DNA from: Actinomycetota bacterium
GTDB taxonomy: Bacteria > Actinomycetota > Acidimicrobiia > Acidimicrobiales > Ilumatobacteraceae
Length of the DNA: 64,000 bases
Direction of reading: 5' to 3'
Assembly (NCBI GenBank): GCA_039796575.1
Contig: JBDKJP010000065.1
Location: forward strand, 12,946 to 76,945
Shown here: in pieces, positions 27,255 through 35,783 of the stretch
How positions within the stretch are numbered: position 1 is the first letter of the stretch
Layout of the letters: the number at the start of each line of letters is the position of its first letter
Position numbers and translations under genes: made by a program
Notes under the pieces: model-generated
What the model was told of the DNA's origin: nothing
Databases searched by the model: none
Seen by the model: only the letters and a program-made list of their open reading frames with translations

Positions 27255-27340
27255 CTTCTGGGCGTCGTTCGTCCCACTTCGGCTTCTGGGCGTGTTCCGT
27301 CCCGGAAACCGGGACGGATTCACCCCAGTTGCGGTGCGCA
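27255..27340 (+). repeat. Intergenic repeat element, copy A (two TTCTGGGCG boxes 28 nt apart plus a GC-rich hairpin)
   Basis: CTTCTGGGCGTCGTTCGTCCCACTTCGGCTTCTGGGCGTGTTCCGTCCCGGAAACCGGGACGGATTCACCCCAGTTGCGGTGCGCA. Its first 64 nt differ at one position from the reverse complement of 39758..39821. It lies between convergent genes. Confidence 0.85.
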
Positions 27341-27347
27341 ACCGACG

Positions 27348-27920
27348 TCAGGTGACGCGGGTGGGCTTCGGCGGGAACGTCACCTCGGCCTCCGCGAGGC
27401 GACGGCAGGCGCGACGTTCGCGGCGGATGGGCCACCATTCGTAGAGGAAGATCTCCATCGGCTTCCACATGCTCACCCAGCCCACGACGAGCAGTCCCTC
27501 GTGGAGCACCTCGAGGAACGGGTTGGTGCTGCGGCCGATCACCTGGGCCACACCGTTGAAGCCGAAGATCGCGGCGATGCCGATGACGAGGCTGATGCGG
27601 CCCTCACGGAGCAGCTTGCTGAGCTGACGCCCGGCCTGCCATTCGCGGTACTCGAAGTGGTTGTGGATGCCCGACGCGACGATGTCCTCACGGCCGGCGA
27701 GGCGTTGGTCGGCGACGAGCACCTCGATGGTGATCGGCTCGTCCTTGTCGAGGTCCTCCGCCCACTCCTCGATCCAGTCGGCGACCTCGGGGTCGAGCGA
27801 CCGCTCCTCGAGCGGTGTGGGGTCCATGGCATTGAAGATCTGCTCCACGCTCGCGACGCGCACCTGGATGGGCGTGCCCTGCAGTTCCTTCTGCGAACGA
27901 GGCCAGTTCCGTTGTTCCAT
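27348..27920 (-). CDS. Hypothetical membrane protein (acidic N-terminal domain + two TM helices)
   Basis: 190-aa ORF with high GC3. The soluble N-terminal half is followed by hydrophobic spans ISLVIGIAAIFGFNGVAQVI and GLLVVGWVSMW. I recognise no family. Confidence 0.6.
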   Translation of the reverse strand: MEQRNWPRSQKELQGTPIQVRVASVEQIFNAMDPTPLEERSLDPEVADWIEEWAEDLDKDEPITIEVLVADQRLAGREDIVASGIHNHFEYREWQAGRQLSKLLREGRISLVIGIAAIFGFNGVAQVIGRSTNPFLEVLHEGLLVVGWVSMWKPMEIFLYEWWPIRRERRACRRLAEAEVTFPPKPTRVT

Positions 27921-27963
27921 CCGTCCAGTCTCGCCGCCGGTGAGCGGCGCGACCGGGGATGGG

Positions 27964-29259
27964 TCAGCCGTTCTTCGGCAGCTCGGCCCAACTCATCGTG
28001 CGGTCGTTGTTCGGCTCCTTGGGGAGGCCGAGCACGCGCTCGCCGAGGATGTTGCGCTGCACCTGGTCGGTGCCGCCGTAGATGGGCGGGCCCTGCGCGA
28101 ACAGCGCGAGCTCGGTGATGGCCGGGGTCATGCTCGGCACGCCCGCCGCCTCGTTCGCCGCGCGCTGCTCGGACGTGTACGGGTGCAGCATGCCGTTGGC
28201 ACCGGCGACGCGGAGGCCGAGGTCGCGGCTCTTGCGCATGATCTCGCTCATCGACAGCTTGCCCACGTTCGGGGCGGCGGGGATGTCGCGGCCGGCGGCC
28301 TTCTCGGCCTTCACGCGCAGGGTGAGCATGCGGCCCACCTCGTGCAGCGTGTGCAGCTTCATCAGGTCCTGACGGAAGTTCGCGTCGTGGATCATGCCGG
28401 TCTCGTTGGCCATGGCCACGAGCAGCTTGGAGAGGCCCGCGGCCATCGCACCGCCGCCACCGCCACCACCGGCGGGGCCGGCAGGTCGCACGAAGTCGCC
28501 GACGCGCTTGGGCAGGTCGCCGGCGATGGTGCCCGCGCTGGCCAACGCCGCTGCGGTGTGGCCACCGGCGCCGAGGCCGGCGCGTTCGAACATGAGCGTG
28601 GTGTTGGCCACGGCCCAACCGTTGTTGGTGCCACCGATGACCGCGGCGTCGGCGACGCGAGCCTCGCTGAGGAACACCTCGTTGAACAACGCACGGCCGG
28701 TCATCTCGCGCAGCGGGCGCACGTCGACGGCGTTGCCCTGGTGCATGTCCATCGCGAACCAGGTGATGCCCTGGTGCTTGGGCATATCGGGATCGGTGCG
28801 GGCGATGAGCATGCCCATGTCGGCGATGTGGCCACCGCTGGTCCACACCTTCTGGCCGTTCACGATCCACTCCTCACCGTCCTTCACGGCGCGGGTACCG
28901 AGGCCGGCGAGGTCGCTGCCGGCGCCGGGCTCGCTGAACAGCTGGCACCACGCCGCCTGGCCGGTGACGATGGGCAGCACGTACTGGTCGATCTGCTCCT
29001 GCGTGCCGTGCACGGCGATGGTGGGAGCGGCGAGCAGCATGCCCAGGCCACCCGGTGCGGGCACCGCGCCGCGCGTCACGATGCGCTGCGCGACGGCGAT
29101 GGCCTCGTTGCGCGACACGCCCTTGCCGTAGGCGTTGGCAGGCAGCGCGGGTGCGGCCCAGCCGGACGTGCCGAGGCGCTGCCACCATTCGCCGACCGTG
29201 AGGTCGGGGTCCCAGTTCGCGTCGAGCCAGGCGTCGAGTTCGTCGAGGAGATCGCTCAT
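27964..29259 (-). CDS. Acyl-CoA dehydrogenase family protein
   Basis: ORF trimmed to ATG 29259 (MSDLLDELDAWLDANW), 431 aa. Motifs: QLFSEPGAGSDLAG, WIVNGQKVWTSG, and C-terminal IYGGTDQVQRNILGERVLGLP. Confidence 0.9.
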   Translation of the reverse strand: MSDLLDELDAWLDANWDPDLTVGEWWQRLGTSGWAAPALPANAYGKGVSRNEAIAVAQRIVTRGAVPAPGGLGMLLAAPTIAVHGTQEQIDQYVLPIVTGQAAWCQLFSEPGAGSDLAGLGTRAVKDGEEWIVNGQKVWTSGGHIADMGMLIARTDPDMPKHQGITWFAMDMHQGNAVDVRPLREMTGRALFNEVFLSEARVADAAVIGGTNNGWAVANTTLMFERAGLGAGGHTAAALASAGTIAGDLPKRVGDFVRPAGPAGGGGGGGAMAAGLSKLLVAMANETGMIHDANFRQDLMKLHTLHEVGRMLTLRVKAEKAAGRDIPAAPNVGKLSMSEIMRKSRDLGLRVAGANGMLHPYTSEQRAANEAAGVPSMTPAITELALFAQGPPIYGGTDQVQRNILGERVLGLPKEPNNDRTMSWAELPKNG

Positions 29260-29444
29260 CCCCACAGCTTCACCGATGCCGGGCCGGCACAGCGATTCGA
29301 GCGAGCGCGGTGCGGTCGTGCTCGGCGCCCAGTTGCCTCGACCGGAGCGCACCTCACTGGCCACGCGGCGTTCCCCGGGCGATGACGAGGCTGTCAAGTA
29401 CCCCCGGGGTGACAGGAAAGCCTCGAGAATCAGGTTCACCGGCA

Positions 29445-29494
29445 TTCTGGGCATGCCCGGAACCACCCCGGGGTCGTTCTGGGCATGCCCAGAA
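29445..29494. repeat. Diverged repeat copy B: two 18-bp palindromes, TTCTGGGCATGCCCGGAA and the perfect TTCTGGGCATGCCCAGAA, 32 nt apart
   Basis: Read directly. The second box (29477..29494) is a perfect palindrome. It sits downstream of the GNAT gene and ~190-240 bp upstream of the acyl-CoA dehydrogenase start. Confidence 0.7.
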
Positions 29495-29571
29495 GGGTGC
29501 CGAGCTGCCGATCTGGGCGGCTGAGCACGCGAGTCGATGTCCGTCTCCCCGGCAACTTCACCCGAGTCGGC

Positions 29572-30132
29572 TCAGGTGAGGATCGACTCCACCACAGACG
29601 CGTCCAGCGCCGCGATCGGGGTCGGCTCCGGTGGCGGACCGTCGGTGACTGACAGCGCCCGTTGCCATTGGCCAACGTCGTGCCAGGAGCCGAGCTTGTA
29701 ACCGGCTCCCCGTGCTACGCCGACGAGTGTGAAGCCCATCTTCTCGTGCAACCCGACACTGGCCTCGTTCGGCAAGGCGATGCCAGCGAACGCCTGGCGA
29801 AAGCCCTGGAGCTCGAGCAGACCGAGCAGCGCGCAGTACAGCCGTTGTCCGACTCCCTGACCGCGTTGGTCCTCACGGAGGTACACCGACACGGCGACCG
29901 ACCAGCGGTACGCGTCGCGAGCGGCGTACGGCGCCGCGTAGGCGTATCCCGCTACGGCACCGTCGTCTGCGATCAGCCACGGATGTCTCGACGAGGCCCG
30001 CTCCATACGGTGGCGCATCTCATCGACACTCGGCGCCTCGTACTCGAACGAGATCGCGGTCGCCTCCACCACGGGGGCGTACACCGCCGCGACGCCCGCT
30101 GCATCGTCGGGGGTCGCCATACGGAGCAGCAC
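29572..30132 (-). CDS. GNAT N-acetyltransferase, phosphinothricin-acetyltransferase-like
   Basis: 186 aa. RMATPDDAAGVAAVYAPVVEATAISFEYEAPSVDEM.. and RGQGVGQRLYCALL are typical of the PAT/Bar-like subfamily. Confidence 0.85.
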   Translation of the reverse strand: MLLRMATPDDAAGVAAVYAPVVEATAISFEYEAPSVDEMRHRMERASSRHPWLIADDGAVAGYAYAAPYAARDAYRWSVAVSVYLREDQRGQGVGQRLYCALLGLLELQGFRQAFAGIALPNEASVGLHEKMGFTLVGVARGAGYKLGSWHDVGQWQRALSVTDGPPPEPTPIAALDASVVESILT

Positions 30133-30237
30133 AGCACGAGTGTACGAACCGACTGCGAGTCGCTCGGAGCACCCCCATCGCTGCCGATCCCGCGCACTCC
30201 CTGGGGAGCGTGCGACGGCGAAATGGGGCAGACCGGG

Positions 30238-30957
30238 TCAGACCTCGGCGATGAACATGATGTCGCCGGTGGCGACGGCCGAGCCCTCCTCGGGCTCCAT
30301 CGTGATGGCCCACGCGGTGGGCTCGGCGGGCGTGGGCAGGGTGCGGTGCACCTGGCCGTCGGCCGCCGGATCGAGGATGTACATCGCCATCGACTGGTCG
30401 CCGCTGATGAGCCACAGCTCGTAGGCCTTGCCGTCGGGGGCGACCGGGAGGTCCTCGCCCATCAGCACGGCCTTGCCCATCGACGGCGACCAGGCCACCT
30501 TGAACATGCCGTCGGCACCGTCCTGGTTGGCGAGCTCGATCATCCGGCTGTCGGTCTGTTCGAGCACGGCGGCGAGCTCGTCGTTGAACGGGTCGTCGTC
30601 GCTGCCGCCGTTGAAGGCGACCACACCGACCAGCAACGCGATGACCACGGCAGCCGCTGCGGCGAGCAGCATCCACGACGGGCCCTGACGCCGCTCGGGT
30701 GCCGGCACCGGCGCGGCGAGCGCAGGCGACAGCTGGCGGGTGACCGCCACGTCGGCCATCACCCGGTCCTTCAACGACATGGGCGGCGGAGTGCTCAGCG
30801 AGCCGGCCACCTGGGCCATGGTCTCGCGGAACTCGAGCACGTCGGTGCGGCACACGTCGCACCCTTCGTAGTGGGCCTCGAAGGCCGCACGCTCTCGCGG
30901 GTCGAGCGCGTCGAGTGCGTACGCAGCAGCGAGATGGTGCACGTCGATGTCGCTCAT
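30238..30957 (-). CDS. rskA: Anti-sigma-K factor RskA-like (zf-HC2 N-terminus + TM + RskA C-terminal domain)
   Basis: 239 aa. It has the N-terminal HxxxCxxC motif (HYEGCDVC), a TM helix WMLLAAAAAVVIALLVGVVAF and the C-terminal block KAYELWLI..ITMEPEEGS. It overlaps the sigma gene by 4 nt. Confidence 0.85.
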   Translation of the reverse strand: MSDIDVHHLAAAYALDALDPRERAAFEAHYEGCDVCRTDVLEFRETMAQVAGSLSTPPPMSLKDRVMADVAVTRQLSPALAAPVPAPERRQGPSWMLLAAAAAVVIALLVGVVAFNGGSDDDPFNDELAAVLEQTDSRMIELANQDGADGMFKVAWSPSMGKAVLMGEDLPVAPDGKAYELWLISGDQSMAMYILDPAADGQVHRTLPTPAEPTAWAITMEPEEGSAVATGDIMFIAEV

Positions 30958-31553
30958 GCCTCACCTCCCAGCTCGTCGCGCAGGCGGATGAGTCCGTCGC
31001 GGATTCGACTCTTCACGGTTCCTTCGGCCACGCCGAGCAGCACGGCGACTTCCCGGTACGTGTGGCCCCCGAAATATGCCAGCTCCACGGCCTCACGTTG
31101 GAGATCACTGAGCTGTGCGAGTGCTCGGCGCACCCTGGCGACGTCGAGCGTGGACTCGACCTCGGCCACCACCACGTCGTGCGGGGTGGTGACGCGCTGG
31201 GCGTCGCGGTCCTGACGGTCGCGCGACGCCTGTTCGCTGCGCACCCGGTCGATGGCCCGGCGGTGCGCCAGCGTGGCGGCCCAGCTGCGGGCCGATCCCT
31301 TCGTGCCGTCGAAGCGAGCGGCAAGGCGCCACAGCTCGACGAACACCTCCTGGGTGACCTCTTCGCTCATCGCGGGGTCGCGCACCACCTTCAGCACCAC
31401 GCCGTGCACCATCGGTGCGAGCTCGTCGTAGAGCTCGCCGAACGCCGACTGGTCGCCGCGGCCGGCGCGCAGCAGGAGCGCACCGACGAGGTCGTCGGGC
31501 TCGGTGGGGGCCGGGTCGACATGGCGCCCGCGCAGTGGCCTCAGGACGCCCAT
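30954..31553 (-). CDS. sigK: ECF sigma factor, SigK-like
   Basis: 199 aa. Region 2 is EEVTQEVFVELWRLAARFD. Region 4 is LSDLQREAVELAYFGGHTYREVAVLLGVAEGTVKSRIRDGL. It is paired with the RskA-like gene. The exact start is uncertain. Confidence 0.85.
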   Translation of the reverse strand: MGVLRPLRGRHVDPAPTEPDDLVGALLLRAGRGDQSAFGELYDELAPMVHGVVLKVVRDPAMSEEVTQEVFVELWRLAARFDGTKGSARSWAATLAHRRAIDRVRSEQASRDRQDRDAQRVTTPHDVVVAEVESTLDVARVRRALAQLSDLQREAVELAYFGGHTYREVAVLLGVAEGTVKSRIRDGLIRLRDELGGEA

Positions 31554-31703
31554 CGCATCCTCGTCGCGCTGCGGTCACCGTCGGCCATGCCTGAGGTTCG
31601 GCGCCGTGGCCGAGCTGGATGGGTGGCGAAGTGACACATGTGGGCATTCTCCCGCGTTCTCGGCCCGATGTCGCAGGGAGCCCACGATTCCGGTGGAGGT
31701 AGC

Positions 31704-32258
31704 GTGACGTCGATGGCAGGACGGCAGCTCGGGCGACTCACCGCGAAGGTGCTGCACGCGGCGAAGCCGTCGATAGTGAAGCAACGCGCCACCGAGTTCG
31801 GTCGCCTGTTGAAGGCCGAGTACGAAGCCGGGTTGCGCGACGAGCCGACGGCGGCCGAGGAGGCCGCGTCGGCCGACGAGGTGTCGGCGGCGATGCGCAA
31901 GGTGGACTGGGCAAAGGTGAAGGCGGCCACCACCGGGAAGACCGCCGACGCCACCGAGAACGTGAAGGCAATGGCGTCGCAGGTCGACTGGGACAAGGTC
32001 ACCCCGGTCGCCGCGCAGGTGAGCAGCGCACTCATCGCCGCGGTGGCAGCGGGACAGATCCCGCTCGGCGGGCACATGGGCGCACGGGTGGCGCGCACCA
32101 TCATGAACGACCGCGACCTCGCCGCGCAGGTGGCGCGGTCGCTGGCGCGCACACCGAAGGAGACCCCGCCCGACTTCCGGCCGGTGGTGCGTGCGGCCAT
32201 CGACACCACGGGCACCGAGGCCGCGGTGCCCGACGCGCCGGGTCAGTCGAAGACGTAG
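31704..32258 (+). CDS. Hypothetical protein with an internal VDW(A/D)KV repeat
   Basis: ORF 31638..32258 has high GC3. GTG 31704 lies 4 nt after GGAGG (alternatives ATG 31638 and 31713). I recognise no family. Its 3' end overlaps the glgC 3' end by 16 nt. Confidence 0.5.
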   Translation: MTSMAGRQLGRLTAKVLHAAKPSIVKQRATEFGRLLKAEYEAGLRDEPTAAEEAASADEVSAAMRKVDWAKVKAATTGKTADATENVKAMASQVDWDKVTPVAAQVSSALIAAVAAGQIPLGGHMGARVARTIMNDRDLAAQVARSLARTPKETPPDFRPVVRAAIDTTGTEAAVPDAPGQSKT

Positions 32259-33469
32259 CCCTTCGGGATCACCACGATGCTGCGGTCGCTGATGGTGAAC
32301 CGCTGCGCATCTGCCTCGCGGTCGAACCCGATGCGCACGCCGGCGGGCACCACGACGTTCTTGTCGATGATGCACCGGTTCACACGGGCGCCGGCCTGCA
32401 CGGTGACGCCGGGGAACAGGATGCTGTCGGTGACGTGTGCGTCGTGGTGCACGCGCACATCGGGCGCCACGATGGACCGCTCGACGTGACCGCCCGACAC
32501 GATGGAACCGGCGCACAGCAGGCTGCCGTCGACGAACGCCGGCTCGCCGCCCGACCCACGTGAGATCTTCGCCGGCGGCTGCGACTCGTGGCTGGTGAAC
32601 ACCGGCCACTTCTCGTTGTACAGGTTGAACACCGGCACGGGCGAGAGCAGGTCCATGTTCGCGTCGTAGTAGCTGTCGATGGTGCCGACGTCGCGCCAGT
32701 AGCCCTTCTCGCGGTCGTCCTGGCCCGGCACCACGTTGGTGCTGAAGTCGTAGACGTGCGCCCTGCCCTGCTCGGTGAGGGCCGGGATGATGTGGCCGCC
32801 GATGTCGGTGTACTGGTTGTCGTTGCCGGTGGGCGTGACGATGTCGATGAGCGTCTTCGTGTCGAACACGTAGTTGCCCATGCTGGCCAGGCAGCGAGTG
32901 TCGTCGCCGGGCATGGTGGGCGGCGTGGGCGACTTCTCGTGGAACGCCTTGATGATGCCGGTCTCGTCGGTCTCGATGACGCCGAACGACTTGGCCTCCT
33001 CGTAGCTCACCGGGATGGCGGCCACGGTGACGCCGGCCTTCGCCTCCATGTGGTGGGCCACCATCTGGCGCACGTCCATGCGGTAGATGTGGTCGGCGCC
33101 GAACACGCACACCACGTCGGGGTCCTCGTCGGTGATGAGGTTGAGGTTCTGGTAGATCGCGTCGGCCGAGCCGGCGAACCAGTGCGGGCCGCGGCGCATC
33201 TGCGCGGGCACCGGGGTGACGTAGCTGCCGAGCAACGTGCTGAACCGCCAGGTCTGGCTGATGTGACGGTCGAGGCTGTGGCTCATGTACTGCGTGAGCA
33301 CCACGATCTTCAGGTACCGCGAGTTGGCGAAGTTCGACAGGGCGAAGTCGATGATGCGGTAACTGCCCCCGAACGGCACCGCGGGTTTCGCGCGGTCCTG
33401 GGTGAGGGGCAGCATGCGCTTGCCTTCTCCGCCGGCGAGGACCATGACGAGCACCTTGGGTTCGGCCAT
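32243..33469 (-). CDS. glgC: Glucose-1-phosphate adenylyltransferase
   Basis: ORF trimmed to ATG 33469 (MAEPKVLVMVLAGGEGKRMLPLTQDRAKPAVPFGG). It has the FGADHIYRMD block and a C-terminal left-handed beta-helix region. Confidence 0.93.
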   Translation of the reverse strand: MAEPKVLVMVLAGGEGKRMLPLTQDRAKPAVPFGGSYRIIDFALSNFANSRYLKIVVLTQYMSHSLDRHISQTWRFSTLLGSYVTPVPAQMRRGPHWFAGSADAIYQNLNLITDEDPDVVCVFGADHIYRMDVRQMVAHHMEAKAGVTVAAIPVSYEEAKSFGVIETDETGIIKAFHEKSPTPPTMPGDDTRCLASMGNYVFDTKTLIDIVTPTGNDNQYTDIGGHIIPALTEQGRAHVYDFSTNVVPGQDDREKGYWRDVGTIDSYYDANMDLLSPVPVFNLYNEKWPVFTSHESQPPAKISRGSGGEPAFVDGSLLCAGSIVSGGHVERSIVAPDVRVHHDAHVTDSILFPGVTVQAGARVNRCIIDKNVVVPAGVRIGFDREADAQRFTISDRSIVVIPKGYVFD

Positions 33470-33524
33470 GACCAGGACAGTAGTAGGTGAGCCGGGTCGC
33501 ACCGATGGGTTACCGTCCTTCGAC

Positions 33525-34985
33525 GTGAAGGTCCTCTTCGTCACCCCCGAGTGCTACCCCCTGGTGAAGACCGGCGGGCTGGCCGACGTGGCCGGTGCGC
33601 TGCCGTTGGCGCTCGCACCGCTCGGGGTGGAGGCGCGCGTGTTGCTGCCCGCGTACCCCGGCGTGCGCGGCCAGGTTCGCGGCGCGACGCGTGTCGCGCC
33701 GTTGCCCGGCCTGTTCGGCGGCGCCGCCGAACTGCTCGAGGGCACCACCGCCGACGGGTTGCACGTGCTGCTGCTCGACGCCCCACACCTGTTCCACCGC
33801 GAGCAGGGCGGCCCGTACCTCGGGCCCGACGGGGTCGACTGGCCCGACAACCACCTCCGGTTCGGGGCACTGTCGTGGGTGGGTGCGCAGGTGGCGATGG
33901 GACGCATCGGCGACTGGCGGCCCGAGCTGGTGCACCTGCACGACTGGCAGGCGGCGCTCACCGCGGCGTACCTGCACTTCGACAAGGACGCCGCGCACGC
34001 GCCGGCCACGTTGCTCACCATCCACAACCTCGCGTTCCAGGGCCTGTTCCCCGCGTCGACCCGCAAGGCGTTGAAGCTGCCGGCCGAGGCGATGCACGTC
34101 GACGGGATGGAGTACTGGGACCAGCTCAGCTTCCTGAAGGCGGGCGTGCAGTGGTGCGACCACCTCAGCACGGTGAGCCCCACGTACGCGCGGGAGATCC
34201 TCACGCCCGAGGAGGGCATGGGCTTCGACGGCCTGCTGCGCGCCCGCGCCCACGAGCTGACCGGCATCGTGAACGGCATCGACCTCGCGGTGTGGGACCC
34301 GGAGTCCGATCCGCATCTCGCGGCGCCGTACTCGTCGCGACGGTTGGCGGCCAAGGCGAAGAACACCGCGGCGCTGCAGCGCGAACTGGGCCTCGACGTG
34401 CGCGCCGACGTGCCGCTGTTCGGCGTGGTGAGCCGGCTCACCGAGCAGAAGGGTCTCGACCTGTTGCTGCAGGTGGTGCCGCGGCTGGTGGCCACGGGTG
34501 CGCAGCTCGCCGTGCTGGGCACCGGCGCCCCGTTCCTGGAGGAGGGCTTCCGCGCCGCGGCCGCCGCGCATCCGGGTCAGGTGGCCACGGTCATCGGGTT
34601 CGACGAGGCGTTGTCGCACCGCATCCAGGCGGGTTCGAGCGCGGTGCTGGTGCCGTCGCGGTTCGAGCCGTGCGGGCTCACCCAGCTGTACGGGTTGCGG
34701 TACGGGTCGCTGCCCGTGGTGGCACGCGTCGGCGGTCTGGCCGACACGGTCATCGACGCGAACACTGCGGCGTTGCGCGACGGCGTCGCCACCGGCGTGC
34801 AGTTCGGGCCGGTGCAGGCCGAGCCGCTCGCCGTGGCCATCGAGCGCACCGTCGAGTGGTTCGCCGATCGGCCGGCGTGGCAGAAGGCGCAACGCAGGGC
34901 GATGGCGGGCGACGTCGGGTGGGCCACCGCGGCCGAGCAGTACCGATCGCTGTACGCCAAGGTGGTCGAGCGCCGCGCCGGGTAG
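33525..34985 (+). CDS. glgA: Glycogen synthase (ADP-glucose type)
   Basis: ORF trimmed to GTG 33525 (VKVLFVTPECYPLVKTGGLADVAGALP). Motifs: HDWQAAL, NGID..WDP, PSRFEPCGLTQLYGLRYG. It is divergent from glgC with a 55-bp spacer. Confidence 0.92.
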   Translation: MKVLFVTPECYPLVKTGGLADVAGALPLALAPLGVEARVLLPAYPGVRGQVRGATRVAPLPGLFGGAAELLEGTTADGLHVLLLDAPHLFHREQGGPYLGPDGVDWPDNHLRFGALSWVGAQVAMGRIGDWRPELVHLHDWQAALTAAYLHFDKDAAHAPATLLTIHNLAFQGLFPASTRKALKLPAEAMHVDGMEYWDQLSFLKAGVQWCDHLSTVSPTYAREILTPEEGMGFDGLLRARAHELTGIVNGIDLAVWDPESDPHLAAPYSSRRLAAKAKNTAALQRELGLDVRADVPLFGVVSRLTEQKGLDLLLQVVPRLVATGAQLAVLGTGAPFLEEGFRAAAAAHPGQVATVIGFDEALSHRIQAGSSAVLVPSRFEPCGLTQLYGLRYGSLPVVARVGGLADTVIDANTAALRDGVATGVQFGPVQAEPLAVAIERTVEWFADRPAWQKAQRRAMAGDVGWATAAEQYRSLYAKVVERRAG

Positions 34986-34996
34986 CGTCGCCGCCC

Positions 34997-35458
34997 ATGG
35001 CGTACTGGCTGATGAAGAGCGAGCCCGATGTGTTCAGCTTCGACGATCTCGTCGCGAACAAGCGCGAGGGGTGGGACGGCGTGCGCAACTACGAGGCACG
35101 CATCTACCTGCGGGCCATGCGCAAGGGCGACAAGGTGATCTTCTACCACTCGAACGCCACGCCGCCCGGTGCGGCGGGCGTGGCGAAGATCGTGCGCGAG
35201 GCCGAGCCCGATCCCACGCAGTTCGACCCGAAGAGCAAGTACTTCGACGCCGGCTCGAACCCCGACGAGCCGCGCTGGGACTGGGTGACGGTGGCGCCGG
35301 TGAAGAAGCTCCACTTCGTGTCGCTCGACGAGCTGCGCGCGATGCCTGAGCTCACCGAGTGCCGCCTGCTGGCGCGCGGCAACCGCCTGTCGGTGATGCC
35401 GCTCACCGACGAGGAGTTCGAGGCCATCGTCGCCAAGGGCTCCCGCAAACGCCGCTGA
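34997..35458 (+). CDS. EVE (PUA-like) domain protein
   Basis: 153 aa within the frame of ORF 33551..35458. MAYWLMKSEPDVFSFDDL..WDGVRNYEARIYLRAMRKGDKVIFYHS.. is the characteristic EVE domain N-terminus. Confidence 0.85.
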   Translation: MAYWLMKSEPDVFSFDDLVANKREGWDGVRNYEARIYLRAMRKGDKVIFYHSNATPPGAAGVAKIVREAEPDPTQFDPKSKYFDAGSNPDEPRWDWVTVAPVKKLHFVSLDELRAMPELTECRLLARGNRLSVMPLTDEEFEAIVAKGSRKRR

Positions 35459-35544
35459 CCCCCACCCATACCGACACAGTTCTGGCGCGTCCGAGGGGAC
35501 AGGGGGTTCGGGCGCGGGGTAGGTTCGCGGGGACAACTGAATTC

Positions 35545-35682
35545 CCCCTGCGGGGTTGGGTGCAATTCCCGACCGGCGGTGAAAGCCCGCGAACCCCACG
35601 TCAGGCGTTCTCGAACAACTGAGGTGGGGCCGATCCGGTGAGATTCCGGGGCCGACGGTGACAGTCCGGATGGGAGCAGGGC
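35545..35682 (+). promoter_or_regulatory. FMN riboswitch (RFN element) aptamer upstream of ribE
   Basis: The conserved RFN blocks are all present. They are CCCTGCGGGGTTGGGTGCAATTCCCGACCGGCGGTGAAAGCCCGCGAACC, then CCGGTGAGATTCCGGGGCCGACGGTGACAGTCCGGATGGGAGCAGGG. P1 pairs CCCTGC with GCAGGG. The aptamer lies ~100 nt upstream of the ribE ATG, with a TTTTT run at ~35748. Confidence 0.9.
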
Positions 35683-35783
35683 CACACGTGCGACTCGGTC
35701 GCGCCGTCTTCGGCGTGCCCGCGTCGTCCGCGTTGCTGTGCACCCCTTTTTCCTGCCGGGGCCTCACAGAACGGACGACGCAG

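Noticed and set aside
28445-28480. Gly7 insertion (PAGPAGGGGGGGAMAAG) inside the acyl-CoA dehydrogenase, as a possible assembly artefact or frameshift.
   Set aside because: The frame stays open, and conserved ACAD blocks are present on both sides. This is most simply a low-complexity surface loop.
35479-35544. TTCTGGCGCGTCC just downstream of the EVE gene, as a further copy of the TTCTGGGCG repeat family.
   Set aside because: Only about 10 nt are similar. There is no second box or hairpin, and the adjacent sequence belongs to the FMN riboswitch leader.
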